Source: Octopus vulgaris (Eukaryota). Taken from it: a stretch of 64,000 nt of DNA. Made by a program: the position numbers and the translations under genes. This document shows, one piece after another, positions 39,896-53,581 of the stretch; positions within the stretch are counted from its first letter, which is position 1; each line of letters opens with the position of its first letter. The stretch is taken from assembly GCA_951406725.2 (NCBI GenBank), contig OX597823.1:78926001-78990000 (forward strand), given 5' to 3'. Under the pieces are notes generated by a model. The model was not told the DNA's origin, searched no databases, and was given only the letters and a program-made list of their open reading frames with translations.

Positions 39896-42800
39896 TTTTT
39901 AAGGCATAGTATATAAAGTACTGCATTGTTCACTGTGACATTCGTTTATTAATTCTGTTGTGAGTGAAATGTGAAAGGACTATAATTTATTACAGCGGAC
40001 TGTATCAATAATAATTTAATGACGATGCGTTAAGCACACAAACTGATCGCTTTGGTTGTTTAGTTATTGTAATTCAATTTTTAGATAATTCTTTTTTTGA
40101 TAAAACTTTGTTCCTTCAGATGCAGGTGAAAAAATAGTGAAAGATTAATTGTTTATATCCAGGGAAGGATTTTATCCTTAGATATATCTCGCCTCAACTG
40201 CATGACCATAAAATATACAATATATCTATGAATGTAACCTGAACGTTTCCAGCGCCACATCGTTATGAAGTAAACAAAGGAATTTACACTTGGACTATCT
40301 GCCAAAATTTGATGTCTTATTTTGGATAGTAATGAGTCTTAACAAAGTAAAGTTAAATTTTCATTGACTCAAATAGCTTATTAAAGTAAATGTACTTCAT
40401 TATGATAAGGAATGACAAGTTTTAAGACAAGGCTAGAGTCACTCGGAGGACCTCGAGAGAATTCATGGTTAAGTTTGTATTGCTCTCAAGCAGACGGCAT
40501 ATAAATCCCTTTTAAGATTAAATGTCAGTCTGTTTCAAGTTACAAACGTAGAAGAGTTTTTATTTGTGTCATGTGATGAAATGAGCGTCAATAGATGAAA
40601 TGTTGTTCCCAGAAGCACAGCAAATGCATTCATATTTAAACATGATCAATTTTTCAATAAATCACTCACTCGGTTATTTCATTTCTATTTAAAGAAAACA
40701 CACACAGAAAGGAAAGAACAAAGACAATATGTTTGACGGGGATACATTGTAGGACTGAAGTTTGTCTATAGTCCACCGCTAAGAAAGTATCATTCATAAA
40801 TCCAGAACCATCCATGATATCAGCATCCCAACAAATCAGGAATGATATGTTTAAAGGAATTGATCCTGTATAAAATATATTTCCATTACCTTTAGAATTC
40901 AGCAGCGATTTTAGCATTTACCCCATGTTACTGTTTAAACATATTTATATTCTTATCATTGTTAATGCAGAAGAAAGAAAATAGCTAATTGATTAATTTC
41001 TTGCAACGACTCTTATAACCGTTAACGATTTGAAAGAAAAAAGTAGATAATGAATTTGTTTTTCAAGCATAATGAATTTACTAACGGAAATCAAAGAACC
41101 TTGAACAAATAATAAAATGTCAATGTAATGTGCACAAGAGACATATTCTTTTATTTGGATTCTCATTAGTTGGAAGAATAAACCCTATGTAAATTATATT
41201 TATGCAGTGTCAGATTCATTGAGTCATATTGAGATTTGCAGCTGTCTTAAGATAAGTAAAATATATGTATGCCTAATTAATGAACATGATTTTAATAAAT
41301 CAACTGTTCTGGATAAACTAATATAATGAACAAAATTAAATGAAAGAAGAATATGACCCTATCAAATCAAATGACTCGAGGAAATTTGTCAAAAGTAAAA
41401 CTATATGTAACTGCTAATATTTATTTTAATGAGATTAATTCATTTGGATCAAATTTCATTCTACAATTCAATATTCTCTTTTACAAGCAAAACCCAGGTA
41501 TCAACAGTGAATTAGATGTTCAAAGAAGTTCTTCATCTCAACAGATCTAAAATAATCATCTTTCTGTGCCTTCAATTCATTCTTACATTTTTTACTTTTT
41601 TTGTATTTAATATAGGGTGCACAGCTTTTACCTAGTGACATAATTCCTGCAAAACCATCGTCAAAAGTAAAGGATAACATCGTGCATCTTGCTTTCCAAA
41701 CTGCAGTTGATTACTTTGTATTTTTCACAAAAGAACCTTTGACGACTTTATATAGGTCTCCTTTGCACTATTTCGCAGTTACGATTAATTCTGTAAGCAG
41801 TACACTTGCAGAGTCGGATTCCGCAATTGCTGTCCACCCTTTATCCGATTGAACAAGCCACCCACTTTGTAAATCTCCTTTCCAAACGATCCTTTACAAC
41901 TACATTAGGCTCATATTTATGTGCATTTACAGGCTGTATGAAAAAGCACCGCCGGTTGTTTCATCTCTTCCAATATCAACGAATAATGAACTTTTGAGCT
42001 ATTCCCTATTCTTCTCTCTTCTTTCGTCTCTTTCTCTCTTCTTCTTGCGCTCTCCCTCCCTCCCCTATCAAACTCTTTTCTCACTTTCTCTTTTTCTCAC
42101 GCTCGCTATTTCAATATTTCCCACCTCGGGTTTCAAGGTACAGTGTATCCAATTCCGAAAAGCAGAAACTCCTCTATTGCCAACTTCTAAGATTTCATAG
42201 TCGATGGAGACAGCTATTAGGAACAGTATACTTCTGTCTTAATTTGTTCCGCTATAGTCTCCCTGAACAAGATCTACTGGAAACCTACGTCAGAAATACA
42301 TTAGTTCTCACCCTAAAAAATTTTATGTGAACAAATTTCCAAATGAAACTAACTGCTTAGGGGGTCCATCTGTTACTCGTCTCTTGACTCGGTACCTTCT
42401 TTCATATCGTTTCATCGTAGGATAAGCTAAAAGTACTCTTTTTAACCTGCAATATATTATTGCGAGGTGTGCGATAAGGTTCACTTCTGCACTCACTACA
42501 TTTTTCGTACTTCAGTACATACCTACTGTCACCTTCAACAATACTGATCTTACGCAAACGAACATTAATTCTTCTCAATCTGCCAATCTTCAGAGAAGAT
42601 ATTGAATAATAGATTCTTAGACACAATGTGCTTGATAAAAGACGGCCTTCACAGCTGAAAACCTTTCGTATTTTGTTATGGTTTATTCCTTTATGTGTGA
42701 GGTATAGCTAGATAACAAATGCAGTACAAACATTCCTTTTCATATGCACGTGTCTTTACACGTAATATATGATTACATGAGGTTATTTCAGAAGGGAGAG

Positions 42801-44110
42801 GAAATATAAGTGAGGTTTTGTCTTATAGGATTGTTGAAGAAGCTAGTTAAAAGAGATAATATTGACAGACAACGATCTACGAGAAGAAAATAAGAAACGA
42901 AAGGAATGAAGAAAACGAGAGATAAAACCAATCAAATAAGGAAAGTAAAATGTGAAGCAACTTCAAAAGCAGGAATAATGGCTACAATTGCATATGGAGA
43001 AGTATTGCATTATATTTTCATATAAAACTATTTAAAACAGTAAATGTATACAACGGACGTTAGACGCAATAGAATTTTGCATTACATTTCTCAATTTAAA
43101 AATGGTAACAGGAATAAATATAAAACAAATGTAACTAGCCGACGATTTTTTTAATATGTATTTTACAATCATTGCAAACATATATTTATTATCCTTTTAT
43201 TGATGTTTTACCAGACTATTTGGTTTTTAAAATAAGTTTGTTTTAGATATTAATGTAGGTATCAATCATATATGTGTGGTGGGGTGGAATGTTGAGTAGG
43301 TCTTTTAGTTTGCATCTTAATATATCGATTCTGAAATATTGAGAGATAGAAAGCATGTAAACAGTTTTCTAGTTATCTTCAAAAGTTTAAAACATGTCAG
43401 CTTATTTCATGTAGTTGTAATTACTTTTTTTCTTTTGCGTCAATTTAAATCGGGAAAATTATGTAGAAGAATCGTTCTTGTGTAGTAAACTAATAGGCAG
43501 CGAAACTTTGAAAATGAAAAATAAGAGACAATACAATTAGAAGAGGCCGTTGTGTAGGCAGGCAGAATTGACTAGAAATAAACCGCAACCAAAAATAAAA
43601 TCAAATAGATTCAATAAATATATCAATAAAGAATAGCACTCGGGGAGCGAATGTATGAACTCTAAAATATATTGTTACAAAAGTTATTCCCAAATGGAAA
43701 GTTCACATCTAACGTTATGCTGATAAATCAGCTAGAGTCTAAGTTATTTGCGTAACATTGACGCCTCAAGTTACGCAATTATTTGTGTATTTATCTTTTA
43801 TTTATAAAGCTATTTGTTTATTTACATTTCTTTTTAATTCATTTACGTTTTCTTCTCACTTTTTCCTATTAACGTTGAAATTTTGCCTATTAAATGAGAA
43901 TTAATCATTTCTCTATATAATTGCAAGGAAATCTATTTATCCGAACCACTACACTCTGTTTGTATGCCTAGGCAGTGTTCCGCCTACTTATTCCGCAGCA
44001 AATGTCAAATATCGTAAACCTCGTCCATGAAAACAACATTTTGATTATCCAAGAAATACATTCACACAAATCTGTATAATACACTCGCACAAACAAATGG
44101 GGAAAATACG

Positions 44111-44151
<41 letters not shown>

Positions 44152-44274
44152 ACATACATATACATGCTAGCCAAGGCAGTGGAGGTTGCTCTGGAGTCGA
44201 ATATATTGAAACAGCTCTCTTTATAATTATTGACTTAAATTATAGCAATTTTGTTCCATGTTCACTACCACAAA

Positions 44275-44575
44275 TGTTGGAAGAAATGCCACCTATTCTG
44301 GGAAATTGAAAATGCTCTCAAAGTGATGAAGACAGACAAAGCAGCAGGAAAACTGGCATAGCAACAGAGCTATTAATGTGTGGAGCTGAAGAAAATTTTC
44401 GGACTACGCTTCAATCGCCCTCTGAAGAATGGGTAAAATACCAGCGTTGTGTAAAGAGTTGAATATCATCTTGCATCATAAAAAGGGTGATAAAGAAGAT
44501 TTAAGAAGCTATAGTCCTATATGCCTCTTGTCTCACCTCTATAACCTGTTACAAACGTTATAGTAACCAGACTTT
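44275..44575 (+). mobile_element. RTE-type LINE reverse transcriptase N-terminal fragment
   Basis: Frameshifted translation EEMPPIL/WEIENALKVMKTDKAAG/GIATELLMCG.../KIPALCKELNIILHHKKGDKEDLRSYSPICLLSHLYNL. Confidence 0.85.
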
Positions 44576-44624
44576 CGAAACGCGCACGCACACACATACG
44601 CACACACACACACACACACACACA

Positions 44625-44684
<60 letters not shown>

Positions 44685-44688
<4 letters not shown>

Positions 44689-44808
44689 GACAGGCTTCTT
44701 TCAGTTTCCATGCACCAAATCCACTCCCAAGGCTTTGATCGGCTCGAGGCTATAGTAGAAGACACTTGCTCAAGCTGCCGCGCAGTGGAAATGAACCTCG
44801 AACCATGC
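44685..44808 (-). mobile_element. SINE family A, partial
   Basis: tacgacaggcttctttcagtttcc...gaggctatagtagaagacacttgc. Confidence 0.85.
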
Positions 44809-45357
44809 ACCTATGTATATATATATATAGTGAGTGTGTGTGTGATATATGAGTTTTAATGTAGAATGTGAATTTTTTCCTGAACAATGAAAACAAACTT
44901 AATTGAAAAATATCATGCTGTCAAGCATAATTTACTATCTATCTACTCAAATTCTTTTATTGTTAAATTCCAACACCATCAAATTTGACTATGAAAGGCC
45001 GATAAAAGAATTACCGAGCTTTATAAAAAAAAATAATAATTACTGTGGTTATTCGTTCGACTCAAACTCTTTGAAGAAAGAACCCAGCACGGCCGAATTC
45101 TAATAACTGAAACAAGGAAAAGTGAAGGAAAAGGTATATAAATATCTTTTCCTTCTATATTTTATAACCTATATTTTGTGCTCCATGTAATTATTTGTCT
45201 CAATCCATTTTCTCTCTCTCTCTCTCTTGTTACTTCCATAATGAGTCGTTTTGGATTGATCCTACAGTCACTTCGATGCTGTGAACGAAGCCCTATTCCT
45301 GCTATCACTCATCCACTCTAACTAACATGACATGCAGATAATATGACAATAATTTTT

Positions 45358-45903
45358 TTTACTGCTCTAGGCACAAGGCTCGAAATTTTGGGGGAGGGTG
45401 CCAGTCGATTAGATCGACCCCAGTACGCAACTGGTACAGAACTTATCGACTCCAAAACTATGAAAAAATACCGACCTCGGTGGAATTTGAACTCAGAACG
45501 TAACGGCAGACGAAATACCTATTTCTTTACTATCCACAAGGGGCTAAACACAGAGAGGACAAACAAGGACAGACAAACGGATTAAGTCGATTATATCGAC
45601 CCCACTGCGTAACTGGTACTTATTTAATCGACCCTAAAAGGATGAAAGGCAGAGTCGACCTCGGCAGAATTTGAACTCAGAACGTAGCGGCAGACGAAAT
45701 ACCAATTTCTTTACTACCTACAAGGGGCTAAACACAGAGAGGACAAACGAATTAAGTCCATTACATCGACCCCAGTGCGTAACCCCGAAAGGATGAAAGG
45801 CAAAGTCGACCTCCGCGGAATTTGAACTCATAACGTAACGCCAGAGGAAACACCGCTAAGCATTTCGCCCAGCGTGTTAACGTTTCTGACAGCTCACCAC
45901 CTT
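45358..45903 (-). mobile_element. SINE family B, three-core form
   Basis: Three tandem cores with the same linker, one head and one terminal tail. Confidence 0.9.
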
Positions 45904-46313
45904 GGATGATACGACAATAATATAACATTGAGATATGCATATCCAGCCTGTGTCACTCAGATTTGACTATGTATGCACACATGCGCAAGAATGGTAGTAG
46001 AATACACACGCAAGTTCTCCTCACCAATTCGATCATCCTGGCAACAGTATCATCGTTCGCAAGCATTGCTCCCAGAATGCAATGAGCCGGAACAATGTCT
46101 GCCGTTTCAGCAATCCGTAATACACAATTCTAGCTTCTTTTTATTAACCGTGAAAGAATGTAGGACGAAATTGACCTCGTTGGGATTGTAACTTATAGAA
46201 TGATAGAGTCGTGTAAAATATAGCAGAACAGTCAAGCTAAAGGTTTAACCACTCTCCTAATCTTCTGCCTTGTAGCATATGCATATGTAACGTGTATTTA
46301 TAGAGAATGTTAA

Positions 46314-46458
46314 TATAAAGTTGTCCCAAAAGTTCGTAGAAAGTCTTGGAAAATAATGGTCTTTATTTTGAGGAATAATTTTTGTTGTTTTTGTTAGTAC
46401 TTGGCGAGTAAAAATTCAATTTTTGCAAGTGTTTACGAACTTTTGGGACAACCTAATA
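46314..46458. mobile_element. Tc1/mariner-type MITE
   Basis: TIRs tataaagttgtcccaaaagttcgta / tacgaacttttgggacaacctaata with TA ends. Confidence 0.75.
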
Positions 46459-46539
46459 TGATATTCAAAATATTATGCACTAGAAATAGTAGCTAAGTGA
46501 CACTCGAGTCTCAATATATCTCTTAAATAATTATTCATT

Positions 46540-46712
46540 TTCTGTTGTGTCTGGGGAGAGTCATTCTCTTTTGGTGCCTTATAATTTACCACACTCACAG
46601 GTAAAATTTCCATTTATTTCTTTTTTATTTTTCTAAAATTTTTGTTGCATCTTGCAACCTTTACAATCGTTTTGACACCAAAAGAGAATGACTCTTCCCA
46701 GATACAACAGAA
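46540..46712. mobile_element. MITE-like element with 37-bp inverted termini
   Basis: ttctgttgtgtctggggagagtcattctcttttggtg / caccaaaagagaatgactcttcccagatacaacagaa (2 mismatches). Confidence 0.7.
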
Positions 46713-49187
46713 TACGCTTCAACACACGAACTCGCATAAAGAATCTTGCAAACCATATCCAAAATGTAAATATATCAAATGAACATCAAATATATTTAAT
46801 AAAGCCGTTCTCTATAGGTGCACTGTCAGAAATAAGCAAAAGTCAAGAATATAAGACATTTTTTTCATATAATCGGTCACGATTGTTCCTTTGGCTAAAC
46901 AGGAATGACGACAGCGAGTACAACAACAGCAATTCCATTAATGCTTCCTTGCTTGTTGAATTGTGTACATCTTTTACCGATTCATAGTATAAAAAATATT
47001 TTATTCACTCGCAAATGAATATTTACGTTTTGTCGTGTGCAAAAATATCTCAATATAAACACTCCGGGAAATAACTTGATTCATATAATAAAACTGTTAA
47101 TGGTTTTTAATGCTTCTTAATACAGCACTTAATAGGCTATCACAGGCTTTTAATAAATCTTAATAAGTAAAGTGCAACATAAGATACTTAGCAAATGTAA
47201 TAGTGTCAGTTATTAGCAGCAACCTCCTTACTTGGAAACAACTGACATCATATAACCGTAAGACAAGTTGAAAGGCAATTGTATAGAAAAAATACACACA
47301 GAGATATAAGCTGTTCTAAATTCCAGAATATTAGCACAATATTAGTCCCCGTTAAGCAGTTTCGTGGCTGTTAGATTTGCTAGAGATAGCAGTTAAATCT
47401 CTTTAAAATCAAACCTTGTTGTATTAAAAAACGAGTGACTCATTGATTTACTTAGATTACCCAAAGTACAGGATCATCTCAGATGAGGGGTTTTGATTAG
47501 GGCAAACTATGGCTAAACAACAGTTAAAAACAAATAAATAACAAAGACGCGACGGTGAGAGTGGGAACCTTTGGAACTGTAAGTACGAAAGATCTAGTAC
47601 TAGAATTGTTATTCGATCTATCAACATGCTAAGAATAGGAACCATATAGTTTTCAAACTTCGATCTATTCTCCTCGATAAAAGGGAAGACACGTCTGATA
47701 ACGCTTTCTGGCGAATACAATCATGATATTAATAGCTGAAATGACTGTCAGCGAAGACAGTTTCAGTCAAATACAAAATGTCAAACTTTCAATGCAATTA
47801 GGCTTTCAAACAAAACAATTGGACCAATGAATTCGAAGATATTTATAGAAAAAAATCAATATGGTTTTTCAAAAAGAGAATTGTAATTTGTGAAAACAAA
47901 GTACAAATCGCAAATTTCACAATTGAATACATTTTTTGGTTTTTAGTTTGAGATTGCAGTCAAAAAGAAGTCATCAGAGGTTTTCTAACTGCGAATTAGT
48001 TTAAAGTAAGTTATTTCGGAACTCAATCATTTTGAATAGTCTTAAAAGTGTACTTTGTGATCTCATGTTAATAATAAAGACCTAAATTTTAACTTCATCC
48101 CAACTAAAGAATGATCTAATTAAAATGATGCATGTGAGTCTTAAGGGAACTTGAACCTGTGTTTCTGAGGAAGGGAATAATATCAAATGACCTTAATATT
48201 TGCTTTGGTAGTCCTATTTGAACTTATTTGGTGGTGTTTACTTTGAAATGGAGATCTTAAATTGCATATGCAAATAGTTCATCCCTGTAATGTTTATGAT
48301 AGCGTAAATCCTTTAAAATAAGGTTAGAAATAATTGAAACGTTTAGGAAGGAAAAGATAATTGTTATTTCTAATAAGGTGTACATGATATTTTAGAGAAG
48401 AATTCTGGAAACGACTCTCTCAAACAATCAAATAATCCAAACTGCTCCAAATTTTAAGACAAAGATTAAATGCATTGAAAAGTTTTAAAAATTGCTTTAT
48501 AGCTTTTTAAGTTATCAATATGCCACCATTTATCGAACATCTGCAAATCATTCTAGTTTCAAAGAAGCAACAGAATTTGCATTTTCGTTTCCGACCTGAC
48601 AGCATGCATATGAATATTAGTTATTGAAACTTGAAGATGAGTAACGAGTGTTGTAATGTTGGTGTTGTACTATTGCATAGACCTTCAAACACTGTTGTTA
48701 CTCAGTTACCAAGGAGTATTCCAGCCTTTCAGAGAGCTCAAAAATTGCTTGAGAAAGACGTCAAGTATATGATGAACGGAAGGTATTGTATAGAGTCTAA
48801 AAAGAATTTTGTTTGTTACCTTCTGAACTAGTAAATGCCGCTTCTATGGATGATTATAGGCCATCGAGATACTGGTAATTTATCTGTCAGTGCCATTTTG
48901 ATATGAACACCTATAGATGATTCAAGACACGTATCATGTCCAACAGTTTCATGAGTAAGTTCACTGGATAATATATTGTATAAATTATATTTACCATGAA
49001 GTTTGATTGTTTTATTTTCTTTTATATTATTTTTGGTCTGAAATATCTTCGCAATAGCAATTAAATTACCAGATATTAAAGTTTTTACATATCATAAACA
49101 TTGTTCCTTACTGAGATACAATAATAGTAAATACGATTACATACTTTCATCTAAAAGGGAAGACAACAAATATGTTCTAATTAATAC

Positions 49188-49229
<42 letters not shown>

Positions 49230-49319
49230 AGTATAGTAACAAAATAAATAAATAAATAAAACACGGGCTCATAGCGCTAATTCATGCCCACTTAGGCTCT
49301 GCAAACTCCCTCATTCCGA

Positions 49320-49660
49320 TATTTCATCAAGTTCCGCTGATTCGCTAGGTGACTGGCACACAAACACACCAATACTAATTGTCAAGCGGTGATGGGGTGG
49401 AGGGACAAACACAGACATGATGACAAATACACACACATACACACACACATATGTATATATATATATATATATATATGTATATGTATATATACTTATATTC
49501 ATTCGACGAGCTTCTTCCAGTTTACGTTTGCCAACCTCGCTCACAAGGCTTTGGTCAGCTCGAGGCTGTAGTAGAAAACAGATGTCCAAAATTCCACGCT
49601 CTGAGACTGACCCGGAACCATGTGGTAGAGAAGCAAGCTTCTTACTACACAGCCACGCTT
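49320..49660 (-). mobile_element. SINE family A, diverged
   Basis: ctcacaaggctttggtc...cccggaaccatgtggt...cacagccacgc. Confidence 0.8.
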
Positions 49661-49985
49661 GCAACTTTACCATTTTACCGATTCAACAAATGATTCGGTT
49701 GGTATTTTCTATAGAATGACAAGGCGACTTAGCTTGAACCCTTCATGAGGATTACTTTAATTCGAACTCAACGTGATGTGGCACCCTCGCTTGCTTATAG
49801 TGTTTATTCCTCCTTGTCAGTCGACAGATAAGTGCTTTTGTATAAAATAAATGCTCTGTTCGTGGCTAAAAGTTATTTTAATTCTTATTTCTAGCAATGG
49901 TAGTGCTAATTTGCGCCCTTGGTCACTTTTAATGACGATTGTAATTGTGCCTTTTGGTTTTAAATTGCAGGCAGCCACTTTAATA

Positions 49986-49986
<1 letters not shown>

Positions 49987-50077
<91 letters not shown>
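49987..50077. repeat. (TG)n microsatellite
   Basis: Visible tandem repeat. Confidence 0.97.
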
Positions 50078-50078
<1 letters not shown>

Positions 50079-50949
50079 GGATAGTTTGCAGTACAATTTC
50101 CGTCAGCCATATTTCACTTTTGCATCTATTTTAAGACATCCGAAATGACGTACGTGGATGTTGAAACAACTGCTACTTCGATGAGGATTGAACTTCTTAA
50201 TTACCCAACCATACCAGCATATAAAAAGAAAAATTCATTTCATCTGGCGATTGCTTAAGATTTTTAAGAGACCATAATCATTTCATCTTAGTTTTTAAAA
50301 GAAATATCACTTGAAATACTTCTAATGAAATCAGTTGCTGCAGCTTTTCTCTGAAATTTTTTGTTTGATTTTGTTAATTTTGGAACATCTTTAACAGCCT
50401 GTATCAATCAATTAAAACAAGCCAGTGTTATTTTGTATAGAAAGACAAACATCATTTTAATATTTGATCATCGGTTTGATGTAAAGAATGATAGGAAGAT
50501 AAAACAGAAGTTAATGAAATTCAGAAAATTGGACATCGAGTGAAACTTAAAGTTTTCCTATTTCATCGACCAACTTGATTTTGTTGCTGCCTGTGCTGTT
50601 GTTGTTGTTAAGCAAAAAGACGGGTAAGGGTGATTAGGCGACGTTCTAGGGCTTAAGGGCGGGAGACGTTGGAAAAAAAAAGACTTTGGTCGTCTTGTTG
50701 TAATCGAGGGCTCTTCGTTGACGCCCGACACCACTGGGAGGTGGCCCTCGAGTCGCTGGAAATAGAGATCTCCAGGTCCAAATTGTTGAACGGCTGCTGT
50801 CTGTGCTACAGATGTTGGCCTTTCTTCCGTCACCGTTTTTATTGTAGCTTTGTCCCGACTAAGCCCTGATCGAAAAAATACACTTCAGCCGTAAATCTTC
50901 ATGCTGCTTACAGACTATATTACATAACAAGTTCCATATATAAAAGAAT

Positions 50950-51336
50950 TAGAACCCCCTCCGTCGGTTACGACGACGAGAGTTCCGGTTGATCTGAATC
51001 AACGGAACAGCCTGCTCGTGAAATTAACGTGTAAGTGGCTGAGCACTCCACAGACACGTGTACCTTTAACGTAGTTCTCGGGGATATTCAGCGTGACACA
51101 GAGAGTGATAAGGCCGGCCCTTTGAAATACAGGTACAACAGAAACAAGAAGTAAGAGTGAGAGAAAGTTGTGGGGAAAGAGTACAGCAGGGATCACCACC
51201 ATCCCCTGCCGGAGCCTCGTGGAGCATTAGGTGTTTTCGCTCAATAAACACTCACAACGCCCGGTCTGGGAATCGAAACCGCAATCACTATGACCGCGAG
51301 TCCGCTGCCCTAACCACTGGGCCATTGCGCCTCCAC
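50950..51336 (-). mobile_element. tRNA-derived SINE, family C
   Basis: Reverse complement of 33244-33620; probable TSD atataaaaga at 50938-50947 and 51338-51347. Confidence 0.95.
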
Positions 51337-51994
51337 AATATAAAAGATAGATCCTGGTTTATAGGATACTAGGGTGTTAATTCTAGAAGACTCTGCACCA
51401 CGTAAAGGTTTCTTCGAAGATACATTGATCTTATTACAGTGGTTGCATAGCTGAGTTATAAACATTTACTTCTAAATATAGTAGAAATAGAGATTATGAA
51501 ATAGTTATACCTTAGCTATATATTACATGGTTGAATATCAAAGTAATTGATTTACGGTAATGAAAAAACAATATCAAGGAAATATGGAAATGCATATGAA
51601 GGTGTTTAATATCAGAAATAATAAAGAATATTAAGAACACAGGATTTATAAAATAAAGTCGTCTTTGTACTAACAGAAAAAGAGTTGAAAAGTTTACGCC
51701 TTGATACTATAAACTAAATGATTTATGTAAAAGTAAATATATACATGAACCAACTGTTACTTTCTCAGATGCAGTACAGAATTTTATCAGTGAACAGGTC
51801 GTGGTCTCAAGGAGACAAAAATATTTTGGCAAATTAAATTTAAATGTTCAAGCGAATCTAACGGTTCTGGTGTGTTTTTAAGGGACTTATAAACACCTTC
51901 CACGCTGCAATTGATTTTGCTTCAGCACACGAACTCCGATCAGGTCACCTGCTATGCAAGTACATCTCCGTAAATATATACAAATATATATATA

Positions 51995-52410
51995 TATTCT
52001 TTTATTCGTATCAGTCATTTAACTGCAGCCATGCTGGAGCACCACCTTTAGTCGGACAAATCAATCCCAGGATCGTTGTAAGCGTAGCACTTAATTTATC
52101 GGTCCCTTTTGTCGAACCCCTAACTTACGGGGACGTAAACACACCAACATTCAGCGTCAACGATGGGAGATGCGGACAAACACAGACACAGACACACACA
52201 AACACACACATACACACATACACACAGACTCATATATATATATACACGACGGGCTTCTTTCAGTTTCCGTCTCCCAAATCCACTCACAAGGAATTGATTG
52301 GGCCGAAGCTATAGTAGAAGATACTTGCCCCAGGTGCCACGCAGTGGGATTGAACACGGAACCGTATAGTTGGTAAACAAGCTACTTACCACACAGTTAC
52401 TCCTGAGCCT
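51995..52410 (-). mobile_element. tRNA-derived SINE, family A
   Basis: Full match to family A. Confidence 0.9.
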
Positions 52411-52419
52411 ATATATATG

Positions 52420-52458
<39 letters not shown>

Positions 52459-52523
52459 ATGTATATTATCTGGAGTTATATTTGCGTTAATTATAACGGT
52501 AGGGAATACGGAAATTGGTACAT

Positions 52524-52562
<39 letters not shown>

Positions 52563-52621
52563 TATCTGGAGTGTATATCTGCGTTAATTATAGCGGTAGG
52601 GAATACGGAAATTGGTAATCC

Positions 52622-53025
52622 TATATATATATATGTGTGTGTACATATGTATATATATATATGCATAGATATGTGTACATATGTGTATATATATGTGTAC
52701 ATATGTGTACATATGTATATATGTATATATATATGTGTACATATGTATATATATGTATATATATGTATGTATATATATGTATATATATGTATGTATATAT
52801 ATGTACATATGTATGTATATATATGTATGTATCTATATATATATATATATGTATGTATATATTTATATATAGCTATGTATATATATGTATATATATATAT
52901 CTATACAAGTATGTATATGTATAAGTATATATATATATGTATATACATATGTATATGTATATGTGTATATATATATATATTTGAAAATGTATGTCTGTAT
53001 ATATGAGTACATATATATGTATATA

Positions 53026-53055
<30 letters not shown>
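52622..53055. repeat. Degenerate (TA)n/(TATG)n tract
   Basis: Visible low-complexity array. Confidence 0.95.
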
Positions 53056-53058
<3 letters not shown>

Positions 53059-53214
53059 TTTTGCCATTTCAATATGGCTAACCCCTAAGGGTGGATGCTA
53101 CTGTAGTTTTTAGCCCCAGGAGGACACACTCCTCCAGCTGGCCATAAACACACTATCTGTGTCCTGTCAGTATTTGCAAAGGGAAGTCATCCTTCCCGTC
53201 TTCAACTTATGATA

Positions 53215-53259
53215 CACACGGACTCGAGTTTCGAGGTATTGACCTCTCGTCAGCGTGTG
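53215..53259 (-). ncRNA. Type I hammerhead ribozyme (left copy)
   Basis: Exact reverse complement of 53582-53626; predicted cleavage between 53221 and 53220. Confidence 0.9.
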
Positions 53260-53581
53260 ACAATCATAGTTGTCGCCGAGAATTAGATTTCCTTCACAAA
53301 TACTTATACTTTTTCCAGCGTCCACTGTCGCTGATATTGAAAAAGTGAAATCAAACAATGATAAATATCAAAGTGAGTTATATACAGTAGCGGTAACACA
53401 TCGTGACGTATTTTTGCCATTTCAATATGGCTAACCCCTAAGGGTGGATGCTACTGTATATAACTCACTTTGATATTTATCATTGTTTGATTTCACTTTT
53501 TCAATATCAGCGACAGTGGGCGCTGGAAAAAGTATAAGTATTTGTGAAGGAAATCTAATTCTCGGCGACAACTATGATTGT

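Noticed and set aside
50558-50869. GC-richer patch with 91-aa and 66-aa ORFs
   Set aside because: No recognisable protein motif or splice context; probably a decayed retroelement piece, left unassigned.
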